Part shown: positions 22,769-35,975 of the stretch, in pieces
How the letters are laid out: each line of letters begins with the position of its first letter
Position numbering within the stretch: the stretch's first letter is position 1
Assembly (NCBI GenBank): GCA_002269645.1
Contig: NIVC01002190.1
Span: 83,033 to 147,032 of the forward strand
Direction: 5' to 3'
DNA: 64,000 nt
From: Macrostomum lignano
Lineage: Eukaryota
Notes under the pieces: model-generated
The model's database searches: none
What the model saw: only the letters and a program-made list of their open reading frames with translations
What the model was told of the DNA's origin: nothing
Made by a program: the position numbers and the translations under genes

Positions 22769-24058
22769 CATATTTTATTACACATATAATCTACTTTTAA
22801 ATAAAATTTAAGATAATTCTAATGGCTATGACTCATGAGCAAAATTATAAAAAAAATCATTTTGCAATAGGCCTATGTCCTTGTTTTATTGAATCACAGG
22901 CCTACACTTAGGCTAAAGACAGAGTAAAAAATAGAATAAACTCAGGAAAAAATGCAATTTAATGAGACAAAGCAAGAATGGATAAGCATGTATTTTTTAA
23001 GAGTTATTCATCAACTTTACAAATCAATTATTTAATATAACTTTGATTGAGGTTACATAGCTAGCTATAGTAAAAGATTCTTATAGGGCATGCTAGGCCT
23101 ACAAACAAACAACTGAAGGCCTAATGATAGATTAGTTAGGATAATACTTATTTGAATAAATATAATAATTTAAGATTTAAGTATTACAAATTTTATGGAT
23201 CAAAGAATGAGATTTTTGTCCACATTTAATATTTGTTCACAATAAAAAGACAATTAAAGACCCTGAAACCAACTTTTGATTCAAGTACTTACAAGGAGAG
23301 ACACATAACACACATGTTAACAAAAATTTTATTCATATCCTTTACCTTAAATAGAAAATAAAAAACAATAAATCTCCAAGTGTCATCCAAGATTCTTGAT
23401 GCTACCAAGAATTGCTTTAGTATGGTAGCCCACTCTGTCCAATGCTTGTGATAGTGTGGGGGTCTGCACTGATGCTGAATGCATATGGCGGCTATAGCTA
23501 TAGTTGCACCATTGGGTTCTGGCTTGTGATGCCAATGTAGTGAGCAACTCTAGCTGGTTCAGAGTGTTAGTTAGCCACTTTAAAAAGGTGGAGAAATAGG
23601 TGGCTGTGCCTAACTAATTATAGGTTACAGCATTGCCTAGCCAAGTGTAAATATAGTAACTAAAAAGAAAAATAACAAATAACAAACAAAATTAATAGGT
23701 TGAAGGTAGAATTGTACAATTGTAATAAATCATCAGAAACTAACTCTGTATATCCTATGAATCTGACTCACATTCACAGTGACTACTATGACTGATGCAA
23801 TGACTAACTAAAACGAATTAATAATTTTTTAATTTCTAGAGTCTGATATAATTATTAACTTCAAAAGAAATAAAATTATGGGAAAATGTTTCTTTAGCTT
23901 AAAAGTTACAAATTGTACAAGTTGCAAGTGCGATAAGTGAGCAATGAACTTTGGAAAATGCAGGGGTTAACAATTCAACTGTCGCAAATGCCATTTTGCA
24001 GGCCAAAGTGCAGACCCATGTTGCCAATGGCGGCATCAAACTGGCCTCGCAGCCAGCC

Positions 24059-27000
24059 ATGACTGCCCCGGCCACATCGTTGCCTGCCTCTGCCGCTGCG
24101 GACAGCTGGGGCAGCGCCGCCCGGGAGGCCACGGTCTCTGCCGCGGCGCCAGACGGCTGCCTGCAGCTCAGCCTGACTGGCGGGGCCGAAAATGGCCAGC
24201 TGTGCGCATTGGCCGACATCCGGCCGGACCAGTGCGTCTTCTGGCAGGGCCGGGCCGAGTCTGGCGACATCCTGCTAGAGGTTCAAGGCCACCGGGTCAG
24301 CGGGTTCACTCTGCGCGACGCTCGCGAACTTCTCGCCGCCCTGTCTGCCAACGGCGCGCCTGTGGTGCTGAAGACGCTGCCAGCAGGCCGACTGTCGCCG
24401 GATCTGGCCAGGCTGCTGCGCTCGCAGTTCGATGCTGGCAGCCCCGAAGCCGCACTGCAGTCGGTGGTGCGCGACAACCTGTACCTGCGCACCGTGCCGG
24501 TGACCACCCGGGCCAGGCGGGAGAATGAAATCGACGGCGTCGACTACGCTTTTATTGGGGCCGACGAGTTCGACCGGCTGGAGCGGGCCGGCCGGCTGCT
24601 TGAGAGCGGCGTGTTCGAGGGCAATCGCTACGGCACGCCGCGGCCGGCGCCCGAGGCTACCGGCCTGTTCCGCCGCACTGCCGACGGCGGCGTCGCTGCT
24701 GACTCGGCGGCGTCGGCATCGACGAGCAAAGCGGGCTCGCCGAGCCGCAAAGTCAACGCCGTGCAACCGCAGCCGAGGTCGGAGACGCTGCCAACTGGCA
24801 AGGCGGCCAGTCCGGAGGCTGCAGCTGCCGATGCCGCATCAACGGATGACTCGCCTCTGCCTGCTGGTTGGGAGCGAGTTGTGGATCCCAAATATGGCGT
24901 GTTCTATATTGAGTGAGTTCGGGGGAGGGGGTGGATAGCTTTTGGTCAGGGTGTAATTGGGAGACTGGAGACTAAACTGGATTGGGGACTTAGTGACTGG
25001 ATATACTATACTAAATAGCGGAGAATGTGCTGGATAGCGGAGAATGTGCTGGATAGCGGAGAATGTGCTGGATAGCGGAGAATGTGCTGGATAGCGGAGA
25101 ATGTGCTGGATAGCGGAGAATGTGCTGGATAGCGGAGAATGTGCTGGATAGCGGAAAATGTGCTGGATAGTGGAGAATGTGCTGGATAGCGGAGAATGTG
25201 CTGGATAGCGGAGAATGTGCTGGATAGCGGAGAATGTGCTGGATAGCGGAGAATGTGCTGGATAGCGGAGAATGAGCTGGATAGCGGAGAATGTGCTGGA
25301 TAGCGGAGAATGTGCTGGATAGCGGAGAATGTGCTGGATAGCGGAGAATGAGCTGGATAGCGGAGAATGTGCTGGATAGTGGAGAATGTGCTGGTTAAGC
25401 TAGCTCGTAAATATCGGAGCTTCTAAGAATTTTAATATTTACGAAAGATCGCTCTGAGCAAAAACGTTTCTTTATTTTTGAAAGCACTGTATTGTGCACC
25501 TGAAATCTAGTGCTAAGGAAATTGCTATTTACTTTGTTGCGACACCATTGCAAAGTGTCCATAATTTAGTTCGCTCGCTATCTATTTACACCGTGGCGGT
25601 ATTTTGTTATGCATGCGCAGCCGTTAGTACCCGTTTCTGTACTTAAAATTTGTTATATTCTCTGTTCTAGCTTGAGCCCGTCTGAGGCGTCACCAGGCGG
25701 GCCTGGGTAAGCCAACTCTGGTAGATGTCCCTCGCCTCACATGATGTTTAGTAAGGCCTGCCTTGCAGTTTAGTATAGTAAAATCTTTAAACTCTAGCCA
25801 AGCACTTTCTCCTTACGATCTTGTTAGAAAATTTACCCACGAGAATTCTCTTCCCTTCACGGCTTAAGGCGAACCAAGCAGCCTCGGCTTTTTTTACCTT
25901 CTCCTCCACGTTTTCTGCTTGTCTGCCTTCCCCTCTTTCGCGTACTAGAGAGATCTGGTGGCATTGTCTGCAGTTGCTGGTTGGCTGTTCCCCCAGCCAG
26001 CCCTACTCACCTCCGCTCTGCTAGCCCTCTTCCCCAACGTTTTTTCCCCATTTGAGGTGTACTCCTCGCTTCCTCACTCCCCCTAATACATGCAAATTGT
26101 TGACTTTCCTCCCATTGCCGGCAGTGACTAATGCCGCCCAGCCCTTGTCCTTGCGTGCCGTTGGCTGCTATGGGGAGAGGGAGGGAGACACTTCCTATTG
26201 TTGAAGGGTGACATTGCTAAGATAGGAAATGGAAATCCCCAGCCAGCCAGAAGCCGCCGGCTACAAATTGTACGCACGCGTCTTCCGTGGATTGATTCTT
26301 TTTTTAGGCATAAAAATCTGAGACAATTTTTGCCAAAGAGGACTCCAGACTTGTAGGTTATTTAAGGTAGACTGCGATTGTAGCTATTTGTAGATCTTAT
26401 ATCTTATTGAAAATAACTTCAATCTACCTTTTTATCCTTACACTAACAATAAAGCAGATTTTTATTTTGATTTTTGTACACAAAAATGTTGAAAATTTAT
26501 CCAAAATCTAACATTTACAAATAGATCTATTAGTATTGCTGGTTTTAAGGAGCCTACTAATCGCAAAAATGTAAGTTCTGAAGGATTGTGGTAATTGATT
26601 TCTTGGAAAATAGCTACGAGCTACTTGAAGTAGAAGTCTTTTTTATCATCATAGATGCCAGGTTTCTATGGTCATAGATGCCAGTTGTTTATGGTCATAG
26701 ATGCCGGTTGTTTATGGTCATAGATGCCAGGTTTTTATGGTCCTAGATGTGGGTTGTTTATGCTCATAGATGCCGGTTGTTTATGGTCATAGATGCCAGT
26801 TGTTTATGGTCATAGATGCCTGTTGTTTACGGTCCTAGATTTCAGGTGTTTATGGTCATAGATGCCGGGTTTTTTATGGTCCTAGATGCCAGGTTTTTAT
26901 GGTCCTAGATGCCAGGTTTTTATGGTCCTAGATGCCAGGTTTTTATGGTCCTAGATGCCAGGTTTTTATGGTCCTAGATGCCAGGTTTTTATGGTCCTAG

Positions 27001-29274
27001 ATGCCAGGTTTTTATGGTCATAGATGCCGGTTGTTTATGGTCATAGATGCCAGGTGTTTATGGTCATAGATGCCAGTTGTTTATGGTCATAGATGCCGGT
27101 TATTTACAGTCCTAGATTTTAGGTGTTTATGGTCATAGATGCCAGGTGTTTATGTTCATAGATGCCAGGTGTTTATGGTCATAGATGCCAGTTGTTTATG
27201 GTCGTAGATGCCGGTTATTTACAGTCCTAGATTTTAGGTGTTTATGGTCATAGATGCCAGGTGTTTATGTTCATAGATGCCAGTCTTTCTTATCATAGAT
27301 GCCAGTTTACGGTCATGGATGCCAGCTATTTATTACCATAGTAGTTACAGCCATAATAGCCGTCTATCACCTCAGAGTTAAGGAACCTAAGCTACCCATT
27401 TATTCCACTTTTCTCTTGAGCAGTCATTTCAACCGGCGCACCCAGTACGACCGGCCCACCGCGGCCTCCACCGGAGCCTCGGCCACTCTAGACGGTTCAG
27501 CAACCTCATCCGCTTCCATGCCGCACTCGCGATCCTGCACTAACGGTCTGGCGCTCAGCAGCGGCGATTTGAGACCGGCGCGTCACGTTCGAATGGCCCC
27601 GTCCATCTCCGTGTCTGATGTGGCCTCCGTGTCCGCCCTGCCTGGTGAGTGGCTGACAATGACAGTTCAGTTCCGCGTTTCCGAAAAACAGTTCCGCGTT
27701 TCAGTTAACCCAATATCCCCTGTAGCTCTCCCATCATCCCACGTCTCCAATTATCCCAATATCCCCTGTAGCTCTCCCATCATCCCACGTCTCCAATTAT
27801 CCCAATATCCCCTGTAGCTCTCCCATCATCCCACGTCTCCAATTATCCCAATATCCCCTGTAGCTCTCCCATCATCCCACGTCTCCAATTATCCCAATAT
27901 CCCCTGTAGCTCTCCCATCATCCCACGTCTCCAATTATCCCAATATCCCCTGTAGCTCTCCCATCATCCCACGTCTCCAATTATCCCAATATCCCCTGTA
28001 GCTCTCCCATCATCCCACGTCTCCAATTATCCCAATATCCCCTGTAGCTCTCCCATCATCCCACGTCTCCAATTATCCCAATATCCCCTGTAGCTCTCCC
28101 ATCATCCCACGTCTCCAATTATCCCAATATCCCCTGTAGCTCTCCCATCATCCCACGTCTCCAATTATCCCAATATCCCCTGTAGCTCTCCCATCATCCC
28201 ACGTCTCCAATTATCCCAATATCCCCTGTAGCTCTCACATCTTCCCTCATCTCCAATTATCCCAACATCCTCTGTAGCTCTCCCATCTTCCCTCATTTCC
28301 ATTTATCCCAATATCCTCTGTAGCTCTCCCATCTTCCCACATCTTCAATTATCCCAACGCCAACATCCTTTGTAGCTTCTCCCATCTTCCCTATCTTCCC
28401 TTCCCCTTCCCAGCTTCCCATCAATTCATGAAATGCTGAACTGTATAATTGTTAGCAACAAAAATGTTTATGCTTTAATAATATGGTACATACGACTAAG
28501 CTACTTATAGTAGTTTCACTGCCAATCTATCATTGCAGCCGCCCGCCAAGAGCCGGTGTTCACGCCGAACCCGGCCCGCTTATGCGGACCCTTCCAGACG
28601 GTGTCGCTGGTCAAAGCGGCCACCGGCTTGGGCTTCACCATAGTTGGCGGCGGCGAGCGCGGCCAGCCGGAATTCCTCCAAGTCAAAGGCATCGTGGCCG
28701 GCGCTCCGGCGCATCGGGATGGCCGGCTGGCCACCGGCGACGTTCTGATGTTTGTCAACGACACGCTGGTGCTCGGCTTCACCCACGAGGACGTTGTGGA
28801 ACTGTTCAGCTGCTTGGAGCCCGGCCGCGCCGTTGCCCTGACTGTCAGCAAGGCCTACCGCCTGCCCCGCAGTGCCAATGACCCCACAGCTCAGGTCATC
28901 ACCAAGCTGGCCGTGGGTCCCGCCGGCTATGGCGGCTCCATTCAAGACGTGCAGTCAGCCGCGATTCGTTCTACCAGCTCGGCCAGCAACTCGGTTGAGC
29001 TGGTCAAGCTGGTGCTGCCCAGGACCAACACCGGGTTCGGCTTTACCATTGCGGATTCTGCTCAGGGACAACGGGTGCGCCTCATTGTGGAGCCCGACCG
29101 CTGCAGGGGACTGCGGGTGAGTGCAGGATCGTCTCTCGGGCGAAATCAGTGCGGGCTGATTTTAGGCCTGACGAAGAGCCCAGAGGCTTGAAACCGGTGG
29201 CCATTTCCTATATACTCAAATTTAGAACTCAATATGCCGTGACCTCCCCTCTCTGTCTCTCTTTACCTCCCCCC

Positions 29275-29343
<69 letters not shown>

Positions 29344-32300
29344 TATCTCCTCTCTCCCAACCTCGCTCTACCTCTCAAGCTCTCCCTCTCATCTCTCTCT
29401 ACCCTGGGGAAGAGCATGAAATATTCTAACTATCGCCACTTACTTCGCTTAAACATCTGCGTTACCGCGTCAGTGCTTTTGAGTACTCTTTGAGAACTCT
29501 TTCATCTCTTTCTCTCTCCGTAGCTAAGCAGTGTTTTTTAAGTTAAGCAAATTTGGTCGTGGATAGTACGCAGCTGTATAGACTTATTAAGCTGCGGTAG
29601 AAATACACAGTGCAAGTATTTACACCATGCTGTACAATGCACAAAGTTGAGGCAGTTCCAGGACACCAACTGTGATTGTTAAAGCAAGCCCTGATTGATC
29701 CACGCAAAACTTAACTAATTAACTCGCAGTATTGACTACTCATTTATAATTGAATAGTAAGCCAGGCTCCTCATTTGCAATGCACTGAAATTACTACTCA
29801 GTCTCGGGGCAAAATGCAATCTTATTTATGACACCTTTGAGTCTCTGACGCCCTGTTTTACAACTTAAACAGCATATGTTAACTATGCTACTGTTAGTAG
29901 AGTAGTTTAGACTAGTTTTCATAATGATTTAAATTTCCGATTTTCCCCTCTAACGCAGACTGGAGACATTCTAGTGGAGATCAATGCCCGCCGAGTCAAG
30001 GAGCTGCCGCATGCCGACGTTGTCCGGATCCTTAGCGACTGTCCCGTCGGCTCCGACGCCACCTTCCTGCTGCAGCGCGGCTGCCCCACCCTGACCAGCG
30101 CCGACCTTGCATCCTCCTCCGCATCCTCCTCGTCTGCCGCCGCTGCGGTCGCTACCGTTGCTTCAGCAGCCGCCGCCGCTGCCTCCACTCGTTCGGCTCC
30201 GTCGCCAATGCCACCAGTGCTGACTGGCAAAGGCCAGGAGTCTGGGCGGGCTTCCGCGACTGCTGCTGTCACTAGCAGCTCGACTAGTGAGTGCTCTCTG
30301 TGCTTGATTTGAATCAGTTAATTCTGTATTATTGCAATGTAAGATTGAGTGAGATTTTGACGATTGAAGTGTGATATTGGGTGAGATCTTAACCACTCAA
30401 GCGAGAGATTTTGACCATAAAAAATTAGAGTGTGAGATGGGTGAGATTTTGACCCATGTAAGTGTGGTATTGGGTGAGATTTTGACCATAGTGTGAGATT
30501 GGGTGAGATTTTGACCCACGATAGTGTGAGATTGGATAAGAATTTGACCACTGAAAGGTGAGATTTTGACCATCTAAGTGTGAGATTGGGTGAGATTCTT
30601 ACCATCAAAGTGTGAGATTGGGTGAGATTCTTACCATCAAAGTATGAGATTGAGTGAGATTTTGACCATTGAAGTGTGAGATTGAGTGAGATTTTGACCA
30701 TTGAAGTGTGAGATTGAGTGAGATTTTGACCTATGAAAGTGTGAGATTGGGTGAGATTTTGACCATTGAAGTGTGAGATTGAGTGAGATTTTGACCATTG
30801 AAGTGTGAGATTGGGTGAGATCTTAACCACTCAAGCGAGAGATTTTGACCATAAAAAATTAGAGTGTGAGATGGGTGAGATTTTGACCCATGTAAGTGTG
30901 GTATTGGGTGAGAATTTGACCCATGTAAGTGTGGTATTGGGTGAGATTTTGACCATAGTGTGAGATTGGGTGAGATTTTGACCCACGATAGTGTGAGATT
31001 GGATAAGAATTTGACCACTGAAAGGTGAGATTTTGACCATCTAAGTGTGAGATTGGGTGAGATTCTTACCATCAAAATGTGAGATTGAGTGAGATTTTGA
31101 CCCATGAAAGTGTAAAATTGGGTTAGATTTTGACCATTGAAGTATGAGATTGAGTGAGATTTTGACCATCAGAGTTGAGTGTGAGACTAAGTAAGATTTT
31201 GACCATCAAAGTATGAGATTGAGTGAGATTTTGACCATTGAAGTGTGAGATTGAGTGAGATTTTGACCATTGAAGTGTGAGATTGAGTGAGATTTTGACC
31301 TATGAAAGTGTGAGATTGGGTGAGATTTTGACCATTGAAGTGTGAGATTTAGTGAGATTTTGACCATTGAAGTGTGAGATTGAGTGAGATTTTGACCATT
31401 GAAGTGTGAGATTGAGTGAGATTTTGACCTATGAAAGTGTGAGATTGGGTGAGAATTCAGTTGGCACGGGATTACAGTCCGAAGTCCGAGATGGGATAAC
31501 TTGAACTGAAAGTGCTAATTTACCTATAATCCCTCTACCGCGCCCAGGCACTTTCGGTCCTCCCGGCTCCACAGCCACTCTGAGCAAGTCCGCCAGCTCA
31601 ACTCGGCACTCGTCGTCCAGCGGCGGCAGCGAGTTCGTCCGCCGCGGCATCCTTCGATCCTCTCGGCCCGAGGCTTCAACCATCGTGCAGCATCAGCAGC
31701 ACGTGGTCGCCTTCCCCACCAGCCAGCGGCCCAGCCCGCCAGCCAACGGTAACCATGGCAACAGCAACAATGGCAACAGCCGCGACGTAACTGTCGCCCG
31801 CGCACCAGACGAAGGCTTCGGCTTCGTGATAGTCAGCGCCGTCACTCGCCAACCGGACGGCACCTCCGACATTGGCGAATTTGTCGGCGAAGTTGTTCAA
31901 GGCTCGCCGGCCTCCCGCTGCCTGCGCAAAGGCGACCGAATCTTGGCAGTGAACGGCACCGACGTGGCCCGCCTGCACCACGAGGACATTGTGGCAATCG
32001 TGCGGGAGAGCGGTCTGGCTGTCACCCTCACCATCGGTCCGCCGGCCCCTACCGCTCAGGCCGGCGCCATTGCAGCCGCTGCTGCCGCTGCCGCCGCAGC
32101 GTCCACCGCTTCCGGTGGCGGCAGCGTCGGCCGGGCCAGCTTCAGCTCGGTTGCGTCAACCGGCGATTCGTCGACTGCCGCAGCGGCGGCCGGCAGGCAG
32201 AGCGGTGGCGGCGGAGGCGGAGGCGGTGGTGGCGGTGGCAGCTTGAAGATCCTGCCTACAGCGGCAGCCTCCTCTACAGCTGGAGCCGCCGGCAGCTGCG

Positions 32301-32614
32301 AAGAGTTCGAAGTCGAGCTCCGCCGCACGGTGAAGGGCTTCGGCTTCTCCATCCGCGGCGGCGCCGAGTTCAACCAGATGCCGTTCTACGTGCTGCGCAT
32401 CGCCGATGGTGGCGGCGCCGCCGAGAATGGCCGCCTGCGCGTCGGCGACGAGATTCTGGCCATCGGCGGGCGGAGCCTTCGGGGCCTCACTCACACGGAG
32501 GCTGTACAAGTAATCCGCGGTGCCGGCGACGCTCTGCGGCTCCGATGCCGGCGGGGCAGCAACGGCCCGGCAAACGGCGGCGCACCGGCTGCGCCTTCCG
32601 AGTCGTCGGCTTAA
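24059..32614 (+). CDS. MAGI1: MAGI-family MAGUK scaffold (PDZ0-GuK-WW-4xPDZ), about 1015 aa; exons 24059-24912, 27424-27644, 28539-29116, 29959-30286, 31548-32614
   Basis: RDNLYLRTVPVTTR and YGTP (GuK); LPAGWE..YIDHFNRRTQY (WW, split by intron 1); GLGF/GFGF PDZ loops; all junctions GT-AG and frame-consistent. Symbol indicates family only. Confidence 0.92.
25015..25395. repeat. 19-bp minisatellite (GAGAATGTGCTGGATAGCG)
   Basis: About 20 near-identical copies in MAGI intron 1. Confidence 0.95.
26645..27325. repeat. 23-bp minisatellite (GGTCATAGATGCCAGGTTTTTAT)
   Basis: Tandem copies in MAGI intron 1. Confidence 0.95.
27710..28400. repeat. 46-bp minisatellite (TGTAGCTCTCCCATCATCCCACGTCTCCAATTATCCCAATATCCCC)
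   Basis: Homogeneous copies in MAGI intron 2, degenerating at the 3' end. Confidence 0.95.
29287..29342. repeat. (TG)n microsatellite
   Basis: Direct reading; MAGI intron 3. Confidence 0.95.
30340..31455. repeat. ~32-bp minisatellite (GAGATTTTGACCATTGAAGTGTGAGATTGAGT)
   Basis: Fills MAGI intron 4; ~433-bp internal duplication. Confidence 0.93.
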
Positions 32615-32784
32615 CGATAATTAAGCCGTGTCTTTACTTGAAAGCGCCATAATAGGTAGAATTGGTGAACTTTTCCAAAGAATTTAGTAAACTTCAATAT
32701 CTCTTCAAAGAGTGTCCCCTAATGCTTAAGTTTGTGTGGCGTTGGCGTCAAAAATTGGGGTATCTAGCACCAAAATGTGCGAAA

Positions 32785-33435
32785 GTTGGCGCCAAAAGAT
32801 GATGTAGGGAGGCGTCAAAGAATGATGTAGGGAGGCACTAAAGAGATAATGTAGGGAGGCGCCAAAAGAAGATGATGTAGAGAGGCGCCAAAAAGATGCT
32901 GTAAGGAGGCGCCAAAGAGATGATGTAGGGAGGCGCCAAAGAGATGATGTAGGAAGGCACCAAAGATAATGTAGGGAGGCGCCAAAGAGATGATGTAGGG
33001 AGGCACCAAAGAGAGATGATGTAGGGAGGCGCCAAAAAGATGATGTAGGGAGGCACCAAAGAGATGATGTAGGGAGGCACCAAAGAGATCATGTAGGGAG
33101 GCGCCAAAGAGATGATGTAGAGAGGCACCAAAGATAATGTAGGGAGGCGCCAAAGAGATGATGTAGGGAGGCGCCATAGAGATTATGTAGGGGAGCGCCA
33201 AAGAGATGATGTAGGGAGGCGCCAAAGAGATGATGTAGGGAGGCGCCAAAGAGATGATGTAGGGAGGCGCCAAAGAGATGATGTAGAGAGGCACCAAAGA
33301 TAATGTAGGGAGGCGCCAAAGAGATGATGTAGGGAGGCACCAAAAAGATGATGTAGGGAGGCGCCAAAAGATAATGTAGGGAGGCACCAAAGACCCACAA
33401 AATGATGTATTGAGGTGCCAAAGAGATGCTGCAGA
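32785..33435. repeat. 24-bp minisatellite (AAAGAGATGATGTAGGGAGGCGCC)
   Basis: Tandem copies downstream of the MAGI stop. Confidence 0.93.
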
Positions 33436-34009
33436 TGTAGAAAGTCGCAAAACAGTTGGCTCGAACTCACAGCGCTACAAAATAATTCAGCGTTCAGGCT
33501 TTAACAGTTAAATTGGCGGCTGTGCCTTCAGTGTCCTGTACATTGTGTATGTACCAGCCTAATGGCGTAGTATCTGTACAAGCAGTGCTCATTTCAGCTG
33601 TACATAAAAACCACATCAGCTTTTGTATATAAAACTGGCATGCGTGTTTTTTTTAAAACTGCACTTCCTGTTCCGGTTCGAATCTGATCAAAAACCTCAT
33701 TGTTAAAGTTTGAATAAAATTCATCTGGATCTGTCTGACTTCTTTGTGTCGCATTTAAGTCGCATGAATTTTATTAATTTTTTCCTTCTCTCTCATTTCC
33801 CCGCGCGACACCGTTTTTAGCAATGCAGCAACCGTTTCGTTCGTTCGTTCGTATTTTAATTTTTTTTTGGTATAGAAAAACATGCCTCCTTTGCATGTTT
33901 GACTTTTCGCACTCTTGAGATTTGCTGCTCGAAATGAAACTCTTAACCCGAGGGTCAGCAAACTTTTGAAGCTCCTCTTGGTTGGTTGGTGTCTCTTTTC
34001 AGCTCTTCT

Positions 34010-34480
34010 TTTCTCTCCTCTCTCTCCTCTTATCTCCTCTCTTCTCGCTTCTCTCCACTCCCTTCTCCTCTCAGGCTCCCCTCTCCTCTTTCTACCCTCT
34101 GCTCTCTACTCTCTCCCCTCTTCTCTCTCCTCTCCGCTCCCCTCTCTCCACTCTCCACCCTCTACCCTCCCTTCTCTCCCCTCTCTCCACTCTCCACCCT
34201 CTACCCTCCCTCCTCTCCCCTCTCTCCACTCTCCACCGTCTACCCTCCCTTCTCTCCCCTCTCTCCACTCTCCACCCTCTACCCTTCCTCCTCTCCCCTC
34301 TCTCCACTCTCCACCCTCTACCCTCCCTCCTCTCCCCTCTCTCCACTCTCCACCGTCTACCCTCCCTCCTCTCCCCTCTCTCCACTCTCCACCCTCTACC
34401 CTCCCTCCTCTCCCCTCTCTCCACTCTCCACCGTCTACCCTCCCTTCTCTCCCCTTTTCTCTCCTATTTTCTCCCATCTC
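34010..34480. repeat. CT-rich 39-bp minisatellite
   Basis: CTCTCCACTCTCCACCCTCTACCCTCCC periodicity. Confidence 0.9.
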
Positions 34481-35214
34481 TCATCTTCTATTCCGCAGCC
34501 AAGAGCTGGATTTTTTATCTGGCCCATGAAGTACAACAGTTTGTCGACCCCTGTCTTAACTCCTGAAGCTTCTTTGTCTTCGCGTCTGTCGGTTTGTAAT
34601 GAAGTTTTTCTTAGAAATATTCCACCACAGCTGCTGGTGTTTTTTTCAACACGTTAATTCCGTCATTTTCCTTTCGAATTTTTGCTTTACATAACTGACC
34701 GCTTTTTTCTCTGCTTTAAGTTTGGCGTTTGTTTCAGCTTCAGGTAGAAGTCCCTGTCTAGCATAGCATGTATCCATCACACTGTCTGGTGTAGCTCTTG
34801 TGCGTCTTCTTCTTTTGCGTTTTCTTTTATTTGTGAATGAAAGTTTTTTTTGGCACACCTTTTTATATTTATATACATCTATAAATATGGTTTATTTAAT
34901 TTTATAGTCGATCAATTCTGATTGCTAGAATCACCGCCTAATAATGAAACCATGTTTATGTTTTTACTCAACTGGACTCTTGTCTGCTCCACAAGCTTTG
35001 TTAATACTAGTAATTATATTGTTTATAAAATTATATTTATATCTATACATACTATTATAGTAATATTTGATTGCGATAAAAAATGTGGCTCCTGGTTCGA
35101 TCCTGGGTGTGTTCTTTCATTTTCTGTTGCTAACGGGCATGATGATGTAAAAGTGCGTCTCAGACATTCGCTTTGCTGCTGAGCTGCATGGATTTCGTGG
35201 CTTTATCTATTATT

Positions 35215-35820
35215 TGAGATCAGGATCTGGGATTTCAGATTGGGATTTGGGATCTGGGATTTAAGTTGGGATTTTAGATTGAGATCTGGGATTTCAGATT
35301 GGGATTTGGGATTTGAATTTGGGATCTAGTATATCAGTTAGGGATCTGGGATTTCAATTTGGGATTTGGGATTTCAGATTGGGATTTGGGATCTGGGATT
35401 TCAGATTGGGATCTGGGATTTTATATTGGGACTTGGGATTTCAGATTGAGATTTTGAATTTCAGATTTGGATTTGGGATCTAGGATATCAGATAGTCCAA
35501 TATACTAAATAGGGATCTAAGATTTTAGATAGGGATTTGGGATTTAAGATTTCATTTTGGGATTTGGAATTTCAGATTGGGATCTGGGATTTCAGATTGG
35601 AATCTGGGATTTCAGATTGGGATTTCAGATTGGGATTTTAGATTCGGATCTAGGATTTCATATTGGGATTTTGAATTTCAGATTGGGATCTGGGATTTCA
35701 GATTAGGATCTGGGATTTCAGATTGCAATTTGATTTCAGATTTGGATCTGGGATTTCAGATTAGTATTTGGGAGCTGGGATTTCAGATAGGAATTTTTTT
35801 CAGATTGGGATCTGGGAATT
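35215..35820. repeat. Degenerate GGGATTTCAGATT/GGGATCT tandem repeat
   Basis: Direct reading. Confidence 0.85.
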
Positions 35821-35975
35821 ACAAGGACTCTGGAAGCAGACCATTGTTTTGCCCCTATCGAAAATAATCTGCCTTCGCATGCCAAGTGCGAGTCGAATCA
35901 GTTAAACTCTCACATTTCGTTTCTGCTTGAGACTAGCGCCTACATATTAATAGATATATTTTCTAAGCCGAAATT

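Noticed and set aside
23380-23560. Minus-strand HYIGIT fragment resembling a GIY-YIG endonuclease
   Set aside because: Only a short motif amid stops and frameshifts; needs a translated profile search
25015-25395. CRISPR-like appearance of this and other regular arrays
   Set aside because: Units are contiguous with no unique spacers, there are no cas genes, and the context is eukaryotic
34646-34858. 70-aa basic ORF on the minus strand
   Set aside because: No recognisable domain or splice context
35139-35182. Box C/D-like ATGATGA...CTGA
   Set aside because: Too short, minimal terminal stem, no C'/D' boxes or guide target evident
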